Below are positions 10,852 through 20,004 of a DNA stretch of 64,000 nucleotides, piece by piece. The stretch comes from Parcubacteria group bacterium. GTDB taxonomy: Bacteria; Patescibacteriota; Minisyncoccia; Phycocordibacterales; CALRHW01. A program made the position numbers and the translations under genes. Location of the stretch: contig JBCLGW010000001.1 of assembly GCA_039740835.1 (NCBI GenBank), positions 27,640 through 91,639 on the forward strand, in the 5' to 3' direction. Under the pieces are notes generated by a model that was given only the letters and a program-made list of their open reading frames with translations, searched no databases and was not told where the DNA came from. Each line of letters begins with the position of its first letter. Within the stretch, counting starts at the first letter, position 1.

Positions 10852-11277
10852 ATGAGATTTCAAGTGCCACAATTTACAGATGTTGAGGACAAAATTTTTG
10901 GTCCGCTGACATTCAAGCAGTTTGTATATCTAGCTGGAAGCGGTGGCCTTTGCGTGATTATTTACTTTTTGATACCGATAGGGTTTGTCGCATTTGCTTT
11001 GATGTTGCCTGTGGCTGCGTTTGGAGCAGCACTCGCTTTTTATAAAGTAAACGGCAAGTCTTTTATAAACATGGTGGAGGCATTTTTAAAATACTCAATA
11101 GCAGGAAAGCTCTACATCTGGAAACAAATTGAAAAAAAGCCGGTGGTGGGGTCTGCACCAAAAGAGCTTTCTAGCTCATTTTTACCAAAACTCTCGGGTA
11201 GTAAGCTAAAAGATATGACTTGGAACCTTGGCGTAACAGAGAGCATCAACCCCGTAACAAGAAATGATTTAAATTAA
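10852..11277 (+). CDS. PrgI-family (VirB3-like) T4SS membrane protein
   Basis: N-terminus VPQFTDVEDKIFGPLTFKQFVYLAGSGGL followed by two transmembrane helices. This is the PrgI (PF12666) pattern. It sits immediately upstream of VirB4, as in Gram-positive T4SS. Confidence 0.55.
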   Translation: MRFQVPQFTDVEDKIFGPLTFKQFVYLAGSGGLCVIIYFLIPIGFVAFALMLPVAAFGAALAFYKVNGKSFINMVEAFLKYSIAGKLYIWKQIEKKPVVGSAPKELSSSFLPKLSGSKLKDMTWNLGVTESINPVTRNDLN

Positions 11278-11304
11278 GAGAGAAATAAGATATAATTCTT
11301 TAAT

Positions 11305-11943
11305 ATGGCAACAAAAGCTCAAGCCACCCAAGAATTTGTTCCTTTGACTGATATCAAAGACGGCATAGTCACCCTAAAAGATGGCTCACTTCGAGCTGTG
11401 CTCATGGCTTCAAGCGTCAACTTTTCCCTAAAATCAGAAGACGAGCGTATCGCAATTCTTTATCAGTTTCAAGATTTTCTAAACTCGCTAGATTTTTCTG
11501 TGCAAATTTTTATCCAATCACGTCGTCTAGATATTCGCCCATATATCGCTCTACTAGAAGAGCGAGAGAAAAATCAGGTCAACGACCTCATGAAGATTCA
11601 GGTGCAAGAATACATTCAGTTTATAAAAAAGTTTACGGAGGATACAAACATAATGACAAAACATTTTTTTGTTGTCGTGCCGTATTCTCCAGCGACTCTA
11701 CAAGTAAAAAACCCCCTCGCAAATATTTTTGGAAAAAAGAAAAATTCCGAGGGGGAAAAGATTTCAATGCAAGAAAAGTTTGAAGAAAATCGCACACAAC
11801 TAGAGCAGAGACTTTCTGTGGTAGAGCAGGGGCTGGTGCGTAGTGGTGTGCGAATAGTACAGCTTGGCACAGAGGAAATAGTCGAGCTTTTCTACAAAAT
11901 ATTTAATCCGGGTGATGCAGAAAAACCTATTCAACTTCAATAA
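11305..11943 (+). CDS. VirB4/TraC/CagE-family N-terminal domain (first segment of a VirB4 split by an in-frame TAA)
   Basis: DGIVTLKDGSLRAVLMASSVNFSLKSEDERIAILYQFQDFLNSL-DFSVQIFIQSRR aligns with the conserved VirB4 N-terminus (A. tumefaciens VirB4: DHIVLLEDGSIMSIAHVSGLPFELEE...). It ends at TAA, with ATG three nucleotides later in the same frame. Confidence 0.55.
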   Translation: MATKAQATQEFVPLTDIKDGIVTLKDGSLRAVLMASSVNFSLKSEDERIAILYQFQDFLNSLDFSVQIFIQSRRLDIRPYIALLEEREKNQVNDLMKIQVQEYIQFIKKFTEDTNIMTKHFFVVVPYSPATLQVKNPLANIFGKKKNSEGEKISMQEKFEENRTQLEQRLSVVEQGLVRSGVRIVQLGTEEIVELFYKIFNPGDAEKPIQLQ

Positions 11944-11946
11944 CAT

Positions 11947-13761
11947 ATGAGCTTTTTAAACAAATTATTTGGAAATAGCAAAAACAAAGACGAGCTTGTC
12001 GGCATGCTTCCGCAAGAGATTTACAAAGCACAAACTCTTGAATTAAGAGATGTTATTGCGCCGAGTGCTTTGAAAATTGGGCCGAGGGGGCTCAACTTGG
12101 GGGATAAAATAGTGCGTACATTTTTTGTCATATCATATCCGCGATTTTTGGGTGAGAGCTGGTTTGCGCCGATAATAAATCTAGACCGAGTTTTTGATGT
12201 TTCTATTTTCATACACCCGATAGATACCGTAAAAGTTTTGCGACAATTCCAAAAAAAGGTCGCTGAAGTACAAAGCCAAATCCATGACCGTGAAGAAAGA
12301 GGAATGGTGCGTGACCCAATGCTAGATACTGCGTATCAAGACCTAGAAAACCTGCGCGACAATCTACAGCAAGCCCAAGAAAAGCTTTTTGATGTTGGAC
12401 TTTATATTTCAATATATGGAGAGAGCGATGCTGAGCTTGATAAAATAGAATCTGAAATAAAATCAATTCTTGAATCAAAGCTTGTGTATGTAAAACCCGC
12501 ACTGTTTCAACAAGAGCAAGGATACAAAAGCGTGCTACCCATCGGCACAGACTTGCTTGCTGTGCATTCAAAGCTAAACTCTTCTCCGCTTTCAAGTCTT
12601 TTTCCATTTATATCTTTTGACCTTACATCAGACAAGGGGATTCTTTATGGTATAAATCGTCACAACTCAAGTTTGGTACTTTTTGATAGATTTTCTCTTG
12701 AAAATTACAACTCAATCACTTTCGCAAAATCTGGTTCTGGAAAATCATACGCCACAAAACTAGAAATACTTCGCACACTGATGTTTGAAACAGAGGTGAT
12801 AGTCATTGACCCAGAACGAGAGTACGAGTACATGGCGGAGGCCGTCGGTGGAAGATATTTTAAAATATCTTTAAACTCAGAGCATCATATCAACCCTTTT
12901 GACTTACCGCCACCAACCGAGGGAGAGTCCTCTGCCAACATCTTGAGGAGTAACATCATAAATCTAGTGGGGCTTTTTAGACTTATGCTTGGGGGGATTT
13001 CTGCTGAGGAAGACGCTATCGTAGACCGCGCAATCACTGAAACATATGCATTAAAAGACATCACCTCCGAGTCTGATTTTACAAACATTGACCCGCCACT
13101 AATGTCAGACTTTGAGCTCGTACTCTCTGGAATGGAGGGGGGTGAGTCACTAGCACAGCGTCTCACAAAATATACAAAAGGTACTTGGGCTGGATTTATA
13201 AACAGACCGACAAATATAGATATAAACAAAAAGTTTATCGTTTTTTCTTTGCGCGATATGGAAGACGAGCTCAAACCGATAGCGATGTATATCGTAATGC
13301 ATTACATTTGGGGAGCAATACGCCGAGAACTCAAAAAGCGTCTACTCGTCATTGACGAGGCTTGGTGGATGATGAAATCAGACGACACAGCGTCTTTTCT
13401 ACTTTCGCTTGCAAAACGTGGACGAAAATATTATCTCGGTCTAGCAACCATTACCCAAGACGTGGACGACTTTCTCAAATCTCCGTACGGTCTACCTATC
13501 ATCACCAACTCATCTATTCAGATTTTACTCAAACAGTCACCAACATCTATAGACAAACTTCAACAAACCTTCAACCTTACCGACGAAGAAAAATATTTAC
13601 TATTGGAGTCTGGATTAGGAGAAGGAATATTCTTTGCCGGACTAAAGCATGTTGCGATAAAAATTATTGCTTCTTATACCGAAGACCAAATCATCACCTC
13701 AGATCCGTCTCAGATTTTATCTATCCAACGAGCGAAAAAAGAATTGGAGGGTGCGAAATAA
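11947..13761 (+). CDS. VirB4/TraC-family T4SS ATPase (second segment, carrying the ATPase domain)
   Basis: Walker A motif AKSGSGKSYAT and Walker B LLVIDEAWWMM, which is the VirB4 DEAW signature. Also contains the second N-terminal VirB4 subdomain. 604 aa. Confidence 0.75.
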   Translation: MSFLNKLFGNSKNKDELVGMLPQEIYKAQTLELRDVIAPSALKIGPRGLNLGDKIVRTFFVISYPRFLGESWFAPIINLDRVFDVSIFIHPIDTVKVLRQFQKKVAEVQSQIHDREERGMVRDPMLDTAYQDLENLRDNLQQAQEKLFDVGLYISIYGESDAELDKIESEIKSILESKLVYVKPALFQQEQGYKSVLPIGTDLLAVHSKLNSSPLSSLFPFISFDLTSDKGILYGINRHNSSLVLFDRFSLENYNSITFAKSGSGKSYATKLEILRTLMFETEVIVIDPEREYEYMAEAVGGRYFKISLNSEHHINPFDLPPPTEGESSANILRSNIINLVGLFRLMLGGISAEEDAIVDRAITETYALKDITSESDFTNIDPPLMSDFELVLSGMEGGESLAQRLTKYTKGTWAGFINRPTNIDINKKFIVFSLRDMEDELKPIAMYIVMHYIWGAIRRELKKRLLVIDEAWWMMKSDDTASFLLSLAKRGRKYYLGLATITQDVDDFLKSPYGLPIITNSSIQILLKQSPTSIDKLQQTFNLTDEEKYLLLESGLGEGIFFAGLKHVAIKIIASYTEDQIITSDPSQILSIQRAKKELEGAK

Positions 13762-13767
13762 AAAATT

Positions 13768-14280
13768 ATGCAAAAAATTCCGAAAACAACTGCTGTATTG
13801 ATGGTCTTGTTGGCTGTGTCCGTGGATGTTTTGGGGTTTTTAATAGGACTTCTTCACTTTATTCCTGTTTTGGGCAATATTATCGCTGCTGTTGTTATTT
13901 GGATTATGTCTCTTATTGCTGTGTTTGTTTTTTATATTTGGTTAAAAATGAAAAATGTTAGTTTTGTAAGTGCAAAAAGAGTTTTGAGTTTTTTTGGTAG
14001 TTTTTTTGGAGAGATGATACCAGTAATAGACGCCTTCCCACTGTGGACAACAGGAATAGCCCTTACAATAGGGTCTGTTTGGATGGAGGAGGCCCTAGAG
14101 CAAATAACGGGAATGAAAGTAAGTATAAATGCAATGGCTTCTGGTGGTGTTAAGAATAAGGCAGGAGCTGATGCTGGAACACAAAGACTTGGCGAACCAA
14201 GCCTTGAAAGGGCAGGAATAGACGAAAAAACAGTGCGTTCGGCAGACGCTGTGCAAAGCAAAATTCCTCCAACTGCATAA
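13768..14280 (+). CDS. Hypothetical multi-pass membrane protein within the T4SS-like cluster
   Basis: Three or four hydrophobic helices at the N-terminus. 170 aa. Confidence 0.4.
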   Translation: MQKIPKTTAVLMVLLAVSVDVLGFLIGLLHFIPVLGNIIAAVVIWIMSLIAVFVFYIWLKMKNVSFVSAKRVLSFFGSFFGEMIPVIDAFPLWTTGIALTIGSVWMEEALEQITGMKVSINAMASGGVKNKAGADAGTQRLGEPSLERAGIDEKTVRSADAVQSKIPPTA

Positions 14281-14286
14281 AACCTA

Positions 14287-15339
14287 TTGAAGAAAGTGTT
14301 TGGTGTGCTAAAATTAAAGTGTAATTTCCATATGTTGCATTTATCTAAAAAAATTATTCTAAATACACTCTTTGCCTTTTTCTTTTTGGGTAGTACAGTC
14401 GCGCTAGCACAAACACCACAGACAATGGGGGGGTTATCAACATTTCCAAAATATCCCAGGCCAAACGAGCTCGTGACTGTCCACCTAAACGACTACTCTA
14501 TAAACCTAAACGCAACGGAGGTCACTTGGTCACTAGACGGCAAAATACAGAAAAAAGGAATCGGTGAAAAACAATTTCAATTTACAGCTGGAGCTATTGG
14601 TAAAAAATCGGTCGTAAAAGCGTCAACAAATACTTACACCCTAACCCTCAACATTAATCCTGTCGGACTAGATATTTTCTGGCAGACACAGACCTACACA
14701 CCGCCATTTTACAAAGGTAAGGCATTGTTTTCATATCAAAGCGCCGTTGATTTTGTCGCGCTTCCGGTTTTCCTAAATTCAAGTGGTGTCCTGATAGATC
14801 CAAAAACTCTCATTTACACTTGGTCAAAAAATAATGCGGTGGCAGGCAATCTTTCTGGATACGGCAAAAACAGCATATCTTTAGTGGGTGGTGTATTAGC
14901 AAAGCCAATGACCATTGGCGTGAAAGTATCATCTATAGACGACACCCTAGAATCAGAAACGGAAATCTCTCTCACAGCAAATTCTCCACAAACAATATTG
15001 TACGAAAATCATCCACTATATGGCATTACCTATAATAAATCCTTACCGTATCAACTTAGTTTGGATGAAAAAGAAATTACTCTATCTGTCGCACCGTACT
15101 TTTTTGATGTGAATAGAAAAGACAAACCGACAATTTCTTATGTTTGGAAAATGAACGGAAAAGAAATACAAAATCTGGAAAAACCATTTTCACTAGTACT
15201 CAGAAAACCCGAGGGTGGGGGAGCTGGATCAGCTATACTTTCTTTGCTAATCACTCAGACAGAAAAAATGTTTCAGTTTGCCAACAGCTCCATTTCTATA
15301 TTTTTTAAGTCCGAAGAGGAAACACAAACAAACATATGA
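14287..15339 (+). CDS. Secreted hypothetical protein with Ig-like repeats within the T4SS-like cluster
   Basis: Signal peptide (..FFFLGSTVALAQ). No recognised family. The start may instead be the internal Met at 14332. Confidence 0.4.
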   Translation: MKKVFGVLKLKCNFHMLHLSKKIILNTLFAFFFLGSTVALAQTPQTMGGLSTFPKYPRPNELVTVHLNDYSINLNATEVTWSLDGKIQKKGIGEKQFQFTAGAIGKKSVVKASTNTYTLTLNINPVGLDIFWQTQTYTPPFYKGKALFSYQSAVDFVALPVFLNSSGVLIDPKTLIYTWSKNNAVAGNLSGYGKNSISLVGGVLAKPMTIGVKVSSIDDTLESETEISLTANSPQTILYENHPLYGITYNKSLPYQLSLDEKEITLSVAPYFFDVNRKDKPTISYVWKMNGKEIQNLEKPFSLVLRKPEGGGAGSAILSLLITQTEKMFQFANSSISIFFKSEEETQTNI

Positions 15340-15764
15340 TAAAAAGGTTTAGAAAAAATTTTGGATTTGTTTTTTTACTTCTGGCGTTTTCTGCTGTGTT
15401 TTTTGGTGGTGTAAATGTAAAAGTATCTACAGCTGAACATAACTATGTGCCTCTAGCTCCAATAACTGGGGTAGTAGAGGGCAGAAACGTCACCCTAAAC
15501 ACCTACCTACCTGCAATGTTTAAATTTTTGATCGGAGTGGCGGCTGTGCTTGCTGTTATTATGATCACTATCGGTGGTATTCAATATATGTCGACAGACG
15601 CTATATTCGAAAAAAGTGAGGGAAAGGAGCGCATAAGACGGGCTCTTGGCGGACTTTTTCTGGCTCTTGTTGCTTGGCTTGTACTACAAACAATAAACCC
15701 CAAACTACTGAATACCAATCTTAATATGCAAAATATGGACGCGGGAACAACCCAAACACCTTAA
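15336..15764 (+). CDS. TrbC/VirB2-type T4SS pilin-like protein
   Basis: Long signal peptide followed by two hydrophobic helices (FLIGVAAVLAVIMITIGGIQYM ... LGGLFLALVAWLVLQTINP). Size is 142 aa. The start overlaps the previous stop by 4 nt. Confidence 0.45.
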   Translation: MIKRFRKNFGFVFLLLAFSAVFFGGVNVKVSTAEHNYVPLAPITGVVEGRNVTLNTYLPAMFKFLIGVAAVLAVIMITIGGIQYMSTDAIFEKSEGKERIRRALGGLFLALVAWLVLQTINPKLLNTNLNMQNMDAGTTQTP

Positions 15765-15773
15765 TCTTACAAA

Positions 15774-17018
15774 ATGTTAAAAAAAATAATCACAATACTT
15801 TTCATACTTATAGTCCTCATTGCTGGCGTTTTTGCTTTTTTGTATTTCACACAAAAAGATAGCGGTAGTGGGGGTAGAGGAATAAGTGTACGGGATTTTT
15901 TCCCTTTTGGACAAGAGTCGAGTACTCCAGCCACAACACCGAGTCAAGAAACAGAAAATAGAGTGCCCGTTGAAACAGCAAAAACACCGACAGTACCTCC
16001 AGATTTACGACAAATATATGCATACCCAGTATCGGGGGCTGGTGCGTTTTCTAGTACAAGTACTACTGTGGTGCGTTTTATAGACAAAGCTACCGGCAAC
16101 CTATACGAAGCAGAGACAGATTTAGATATTGTTACTAGAATTTCAAACACAACAATACCAAAAGTTTATAGTGCAATATTTTCAGACAAAAATTCTGTTG
16201 TACTAAGGTACGCACAAGATGACACAGACCTCATAGAAACCGTTTATGGAAAAGTTGCTACAAGTACTGCGACCAGCACAGCGGGTTCTGTTGTTGAACT
16301 AAAAACCGTATACCTTGACCCAAACATAAAAGAGCTTGTTTTGTCAGATAAAAACGACCGCATTCTTTCTATCACACAATCTGGCACTGGCTCAATCGGC
16401 ACACTTTCAAAACCAGACGGCACAACAAAAACCCAACTTTTTACATCACCGATACGCGAGTGGGTACCACAGTGGCTAAAAACAAACACAGTCACCCTCA
16501 CAACAAAAGCTAGTACAGAGGTCGCTGGATTTATGTATTCAGTGAATACAACAAACGGTGTGATGCAACCAATACTTTCAAACATCTTTGGGCTAACAAC
16601 ACTCACAAACAACATCGCCTCAACAACACTTTTCACATACAGCACCACAGACGGGATTTTCGCATTACAAACATACGATTGGAATAAAAAAGTCACCACA
16701 CAATTTCCACTCTCACCAACTTTTGTAGATAAATGTGTATGGAGTAAAAAAAATGCGGACCTAGTTTACTGCGCGGTGCCACATACCATGCCAAAGGGGG
16801 ATTATCCTGACGCATGGTACAAAGGCCTTGTGTCTTTCTCAGACGACATCTGGCGTGTAAATGTATCCACCGGCAACAAAGAGCTTGTCGCCGAGCTAAA
16901 AACGATATCGGGCAGAGACCTAGATGTCATAAACCCATCTCTAGACGGGGCAGAAAATTACTTTGTATTCACAAACAAAACAGACCTTACCCTTTGGAGT
17001 TATAAATTAAAAAACTAG
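15774..17018 (+). CDS. Membrane-anchored hypothetical protein, possibly a beta-propeller-like periplasmic domain
   Basis: N-terminal transmembrane segment, Pro/Thr-rich linker, then repeated beta-strand-rich segments. Last gene of the cluster. Converges on yidC. Confidence 0.4.
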   Translation: MLKKIITILFILIVLIAGVFAFLYFTQKDSGSGGRGISVRDFFPFGQESSTPATTPSQETENRVPVETAKTPTVPPDLRQIYAYPVSGAGAFSSTSTTVVRFIDKATGNLYEAETDLDIVTRISNTTIPKVYSAIFSDKNSVVLRYAQDDTDLIETVYGKVATSTATSTAGSVVELKTVYLDPNIKELVLSDKNDRILSITQSGTGSIGTLSKPDGTTKTQLFTSPIREWVPQWLKTNTVTLTTKASTEVAGFMYSVNTTNGVMQPILSNIFGLTTLTNNIASTTLFTYSTTDGIFALQTYDWNKKVTTQFPLSPTFVDKCVWSKKNADLVYCAVPHTMPKGDYPDAWYKGLVSFSDDIWRVNVSTGNKELVAELKTISGRDLDVINPSLDGAENYFVFTNKTDLTLWSYKLKN

Positions 17019-17746
17019 TTTTTATTGTATTTTTTTCGCAAAAATAGTTCTTGACCGATAGCAAAAAGATTGCTTGTAATCCAGTATAAAGAGATGGCTG
17101 TAGAAATACTGTAGGCGAAAACAACAGACAAAACAGGGAAGATGTATTTCATTTGAATACTCATACTTCTAGCGAGATCGTGTTTGAAAGAGTCGGATGC
17201 ACTAGCGCCTTCTTTTTTAGCCTGTGCCTTTGGGGTAATAAATTTCATCTGAAAATAAGTTGTTACACCAACCAAAATAGCTAGTGGTATGTTCTTTTGG
17301 GAAATATCCAAAAAACCAAGAAAAAACATGTTTATCGTCTCTGGTGCGTGCACAAAACCATACAAAATGTCAGCAGTAACTTTTGGTAGACCTGACTGCC
17401 AAAAAAGTCTGTACAAAGCAAAAATTATTGGCAGCTGTATAAGAATGAGTAGTATGCTTAAAAACGGCTGAACTTTTTTTTCTTTATACAAAGCAAACGT
17501 TTTTCGCGCCTGCTCCTGCTTGTCGTCTTTGTATTTTTCTTTTATGCGGTCTATGTCTGGCTGAATTTCCTTCATCTTTATCTGTGTTATCACAGATTTT
17601 TTTGAAAGAGGAAAAAGAACAAGCTTTACTAAAACAGTGAGCAAAATCACCAACATTCCAGCATCTGCCCAAGGAAACGTGTTTATTAAAAAAATAAAAC
17701 CGTTGTAAAGCGGGTGATAGATGAGCGTATTGTATATTGATAACAT
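17015..17746 (-). CDS. yidC: Membrane protein insertase YidC/Oxa1, short form
   Basis: Multi-pass membrane protein with the conserved YidC core (..FPLSKKS..PFLSILLILIQLPIIFALYRLF..). Sits in the canonical position next to rnpA and rpmH. Confidence 0.8.
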   Translation of the reverse strand: MLSIYNTLIYHPLYNGFIFLINTFPWADAGMLVILLTVLVKLVLFPLSKKSVITQIKMKEIQPDIDRIKEKYKDDKQEQARKTFALYKEKKVQPFLSILLILIQLPIIFALYRLFWQSGLPKVTADILYGFVHAPETINMFFLGFLDISQKNIPLAILVGVTTYFQMKFITPKAQAKKEGASASDSFKHDLARSMSIQMKYIFPVLSVVFAYSISTAISLYWITSNLFAIGQELFLRKKYNKN

Positions 17747-17782
17747 CAGATTATTGTAGCTTATTGAGAGGACTATTTCAAA

Positions 17783-18112
17783 CTATATTATTTGGGCTTT
17801 TTTCATCAAACCCACGATTTCTTCTTTTTGTTTTTCAAAAGATAATGTCAGAGCTCCTTTTTTTGCCGAAAAAACGGCTTTGGCTGGTTTTTTTATATCA
17901 CTCAAATGTTCTCGGATTAAAGAGTATACTCTTCGGCGGATTCTGTTTCTATCTACTGCATTTTGGGCTACTTTTTTTGAAACAAGCACGGCATAAGAGT
18001 CTGTATTTGAGGGTAGAGCTCTAAGGGTAAAATAGGTTGAGTGGTACAAAGACCCTTGTAGTAGAATCGGTTTAAAAGAATCTTTTGAAATTCTTTTATG
18101 CTTTGGCAACAT
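17783..18112 (-). CDS. rnpA: Ribonuclease P protein component
   Basis: Basic protein with RNase P motif KKVAQNAVDRNRIRRRVYSLIRE. Located between rpmH and yidC. Confidence 0.7.
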   Translation of the reverse strand: MLPKHKRISKDSFKPILLQGSLYHSTYFTLRALPSNTDSYAVLVSKKVAQNAVDRNRIRRRVYSLIREHLSDIKKPAKAVFSAKKGALTLSFEKQKEEIVGLMKKAQII

Positions 18113-18121
18113 AAAATATGG

Positions 18122-18256
18122 CTATACAGAGAGCTTTGTTCGGCCTTTTCGTCGGCGTCGAGTGATGACCTTTTTACCCCCAGCTGTTCTAGACCGCACT
18201 AGAAAACCGTGAGATCTTGCTCGTTTTCGTTTTTTTGGTTGGTATGTTTGAGACAT
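18122..18256 (-). CDS. rpmH: 50S ribosomal protein L34
   Basis: Manual translation gives [44 protein letters not shown] (44 aa), which is canonical L34. It was missed by the ORF track because it is under 60 aa. Confidence 0.8.
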   Translation of the reverse strand: MSQTYQPKKRKRARSHGFLVRSRTAGGKKVITRRRRKGRTKLSV

Positions 18257-18412
18257 ATAGGGGGATTATATATGAGTAATCTGATTATTTCAAGGTTTTT
18301 GGTGCTATTAGACTTATTCACAGTATATACACAGAGTATCAACATAATTAGGTATTTACCGCAAGTATAAAACAACTCATCATCATATATAATAAACCTT
18401 AAGAAATTTAAA

Positions 18413-19774
18413 ATGCAGACTCAAATTATGGATAGTAAAAAAATGTGGGATAGTGTACTTGTGGATGTTGAAATAAATGTTTCAAAAGCAAATTTTAATA
18501 CGTGGTTTAAAGATACCTTTATTTACAAAATAGAAGAGGGAATTGTTTACTTGAGCGTACCAAATTCATTTGTAAAACAGTGGTTGATGGATAAATATCA
18601 CGCCTTTATACTCAAATCTCTACGAAATCTCTCAGAAAACATCCGATCTTTGGATTATATAGTCAACAAGGGGGATATAAAGAAAAAAGAGGATGAAATG
18701 CCTAAAAATATTACTGCGAGTACAAACGAGCTACCACTTTCAGAGTTTTATATAAACAAAGATGATAATTTAAATCCGAAATACACATTTGATTCTTTTG
18801 TTATCGGCCCATTCAACGAGCTAGCTCACGCTGCATCTCAAGCAATAATCAAAAAACCGGGGATTATTTACAACCCGCTTTTTATTTACGGAAATACTGG
18901 CCACGGAAAAACTCATCTCATCCAAGCGATAGGTAACACAATGAAGCACAACTACCCCGACAGAAAAATCTGTTATGTAACTTCAGAAAAATTTACTGTT
19001 GACTACGTAAACTCTGTTCAAAACAACAAAGTAAATCAGTTTAAGGATAAATATAGAAAATACGACATTCTAATAATGGACGACATCCAGTTTTTCTCAA
19101 AAAAAGAAAGCACACAGGAGGAGCTTTTCCATCTTTTCAACCACCTATACGACAACAACAAACAAATTATATTCTCTTCTGATAAACACCCCAACTACAT
19201 TCAAAACCTAGAAGAGCGCCTCAAATCACGCTTTGGGGCTGGAATGATAGTGGACATACCAGCGCCTAATCACGAATCTAGGGTGGCTATATTAAACGCT
19301 AAACTAAAGTTTCATAACTTTAATCTTCAGCCAGAGATAGTAGACTTTCTAGCTGGGACGCTCTCCTCCAACATCCGCGAGCTTGAGGGTGCTTTAAACA
19401 GCATCATCTGCCAAGCAGAACTTAAACAAAAAGATCTCACACTAGCTGATGTAAAAAATCTCCTTAAAAACAGTGTCAAACCAAAGAAAAATCTTTCTCC
19501 AAAGGAAATTATAAAAATAATCGCTGATTTTTATAATATAAACGAGGAAAGTATATACGAAAAAACTCGTAAAAAAGAAATTATCAAACCTCGCCAACTA
19601 GCAATGTATGTGTTGAGAGAAGATTTCAATATATCTTACCCATCAATAGGGGAGAAAATGGGGGGGAGAGATCACACCACAGTTATTCATTCCTGTGAAA
19701 AGATAAAAAAGGATTTGAAATATGATAATCTTTTAATGCAGGAGTTAAACCAAATCCGGTCGATGTTGGTTTGA
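18413..19774 (+). CDS. dnaA: Chromosomal replication initiator DnaA
   Basis: AAA+ Walker A motif GNTGHGKTHL, sensor motifs, and a C-terminal DnaA-box-binding domain (..KPRQLAMYVLRE..). Gene order is rpmH, dnaA, dnaN. Confidence 0.9.
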   Translation: MQTQIMDSKKMWDSVLVDVEINVSKANFNTWFKDTFIYKIEEGIVYLSVPNSFVKQWLMDKYHAFILKSLRNLSENIRSLDYIVNKGDIKKKEDEMPKNITASTNELPLSEFYINKDDNLNPKYTFDSFVIGPFNELAHAASQAIIKKPGIIYNPLFIYGNTGHGKTHLIQAIGNTMKHNYPDRKICYVTSEKFTVDYVNSVQNNKVNQFKDKYRKYDILIMDDIQFFSKKESTQEELFHLFNHLYDNNKQIIFSSDKHPNYIQNLEERLKSRFGAGMIVDIPAPNHESRVAILNAKLKFHNFNLQPEIVDFLAGTLSSNIRELEGALNSIICQAELKQKDLTLADVKNLLKNSVKPKKNLSPKEIIKIIADFYNINEESIYEKTRKKEIIKPRQLAMYVLREDFNISYPSIGEKMGGRDHTTVIHSCEKIKKDLKYDNLLMQELNQIRSMLV

Positions 19775-20004
19775 CCTTTTTAGTGCTGTGTATATGATGT
19801 GAATAAAGTGCAATAGATGTGGATAAGATTGGGGTGTTTTAAAAAAGAGATTACTTATAAACAAACCGCCAAAAATAATCAACACCTTTTTAAACTTAAA
19901 CCCATAAAAAACGTTGCAAAATATAGTTAAATAAAGTTATCCAGTTATCAACACCCCTAGTATTAATAATAAATTTATATATAGATATATATTAAATACT
20001 GCTT
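19775..20004. promoter_or_regulatory. Putative oriC: DnaA boxes plus an AT-rich unwinding element between dnaA and dnaN
   Basis: Perfect DnaA box TGTGGATAA at 19818-19826. Near-consensus boxes TTATCCAGT at 19935-19943 and TTATCAACA at 19944-19952. An AT-rich stretch lies at 19958-19995. An additional box-like TTATTCACA sits upstream of dnaA near 18313. Confidence 0.6.

Noticed and set aside
12209-13274. Minus-strand ORFs (12209-12607 and 12885-13274) and plus-strand ORF 13362-13961 overlapping the VirB4 gene
   Set aside because: They overlap the Walker-motif-containing VirB4 frame. No independent support.
16244-16699. 151-aa minus-strand ORF inside the 15774-17018 gene
   Set aside because: Antisense shadow ORF.
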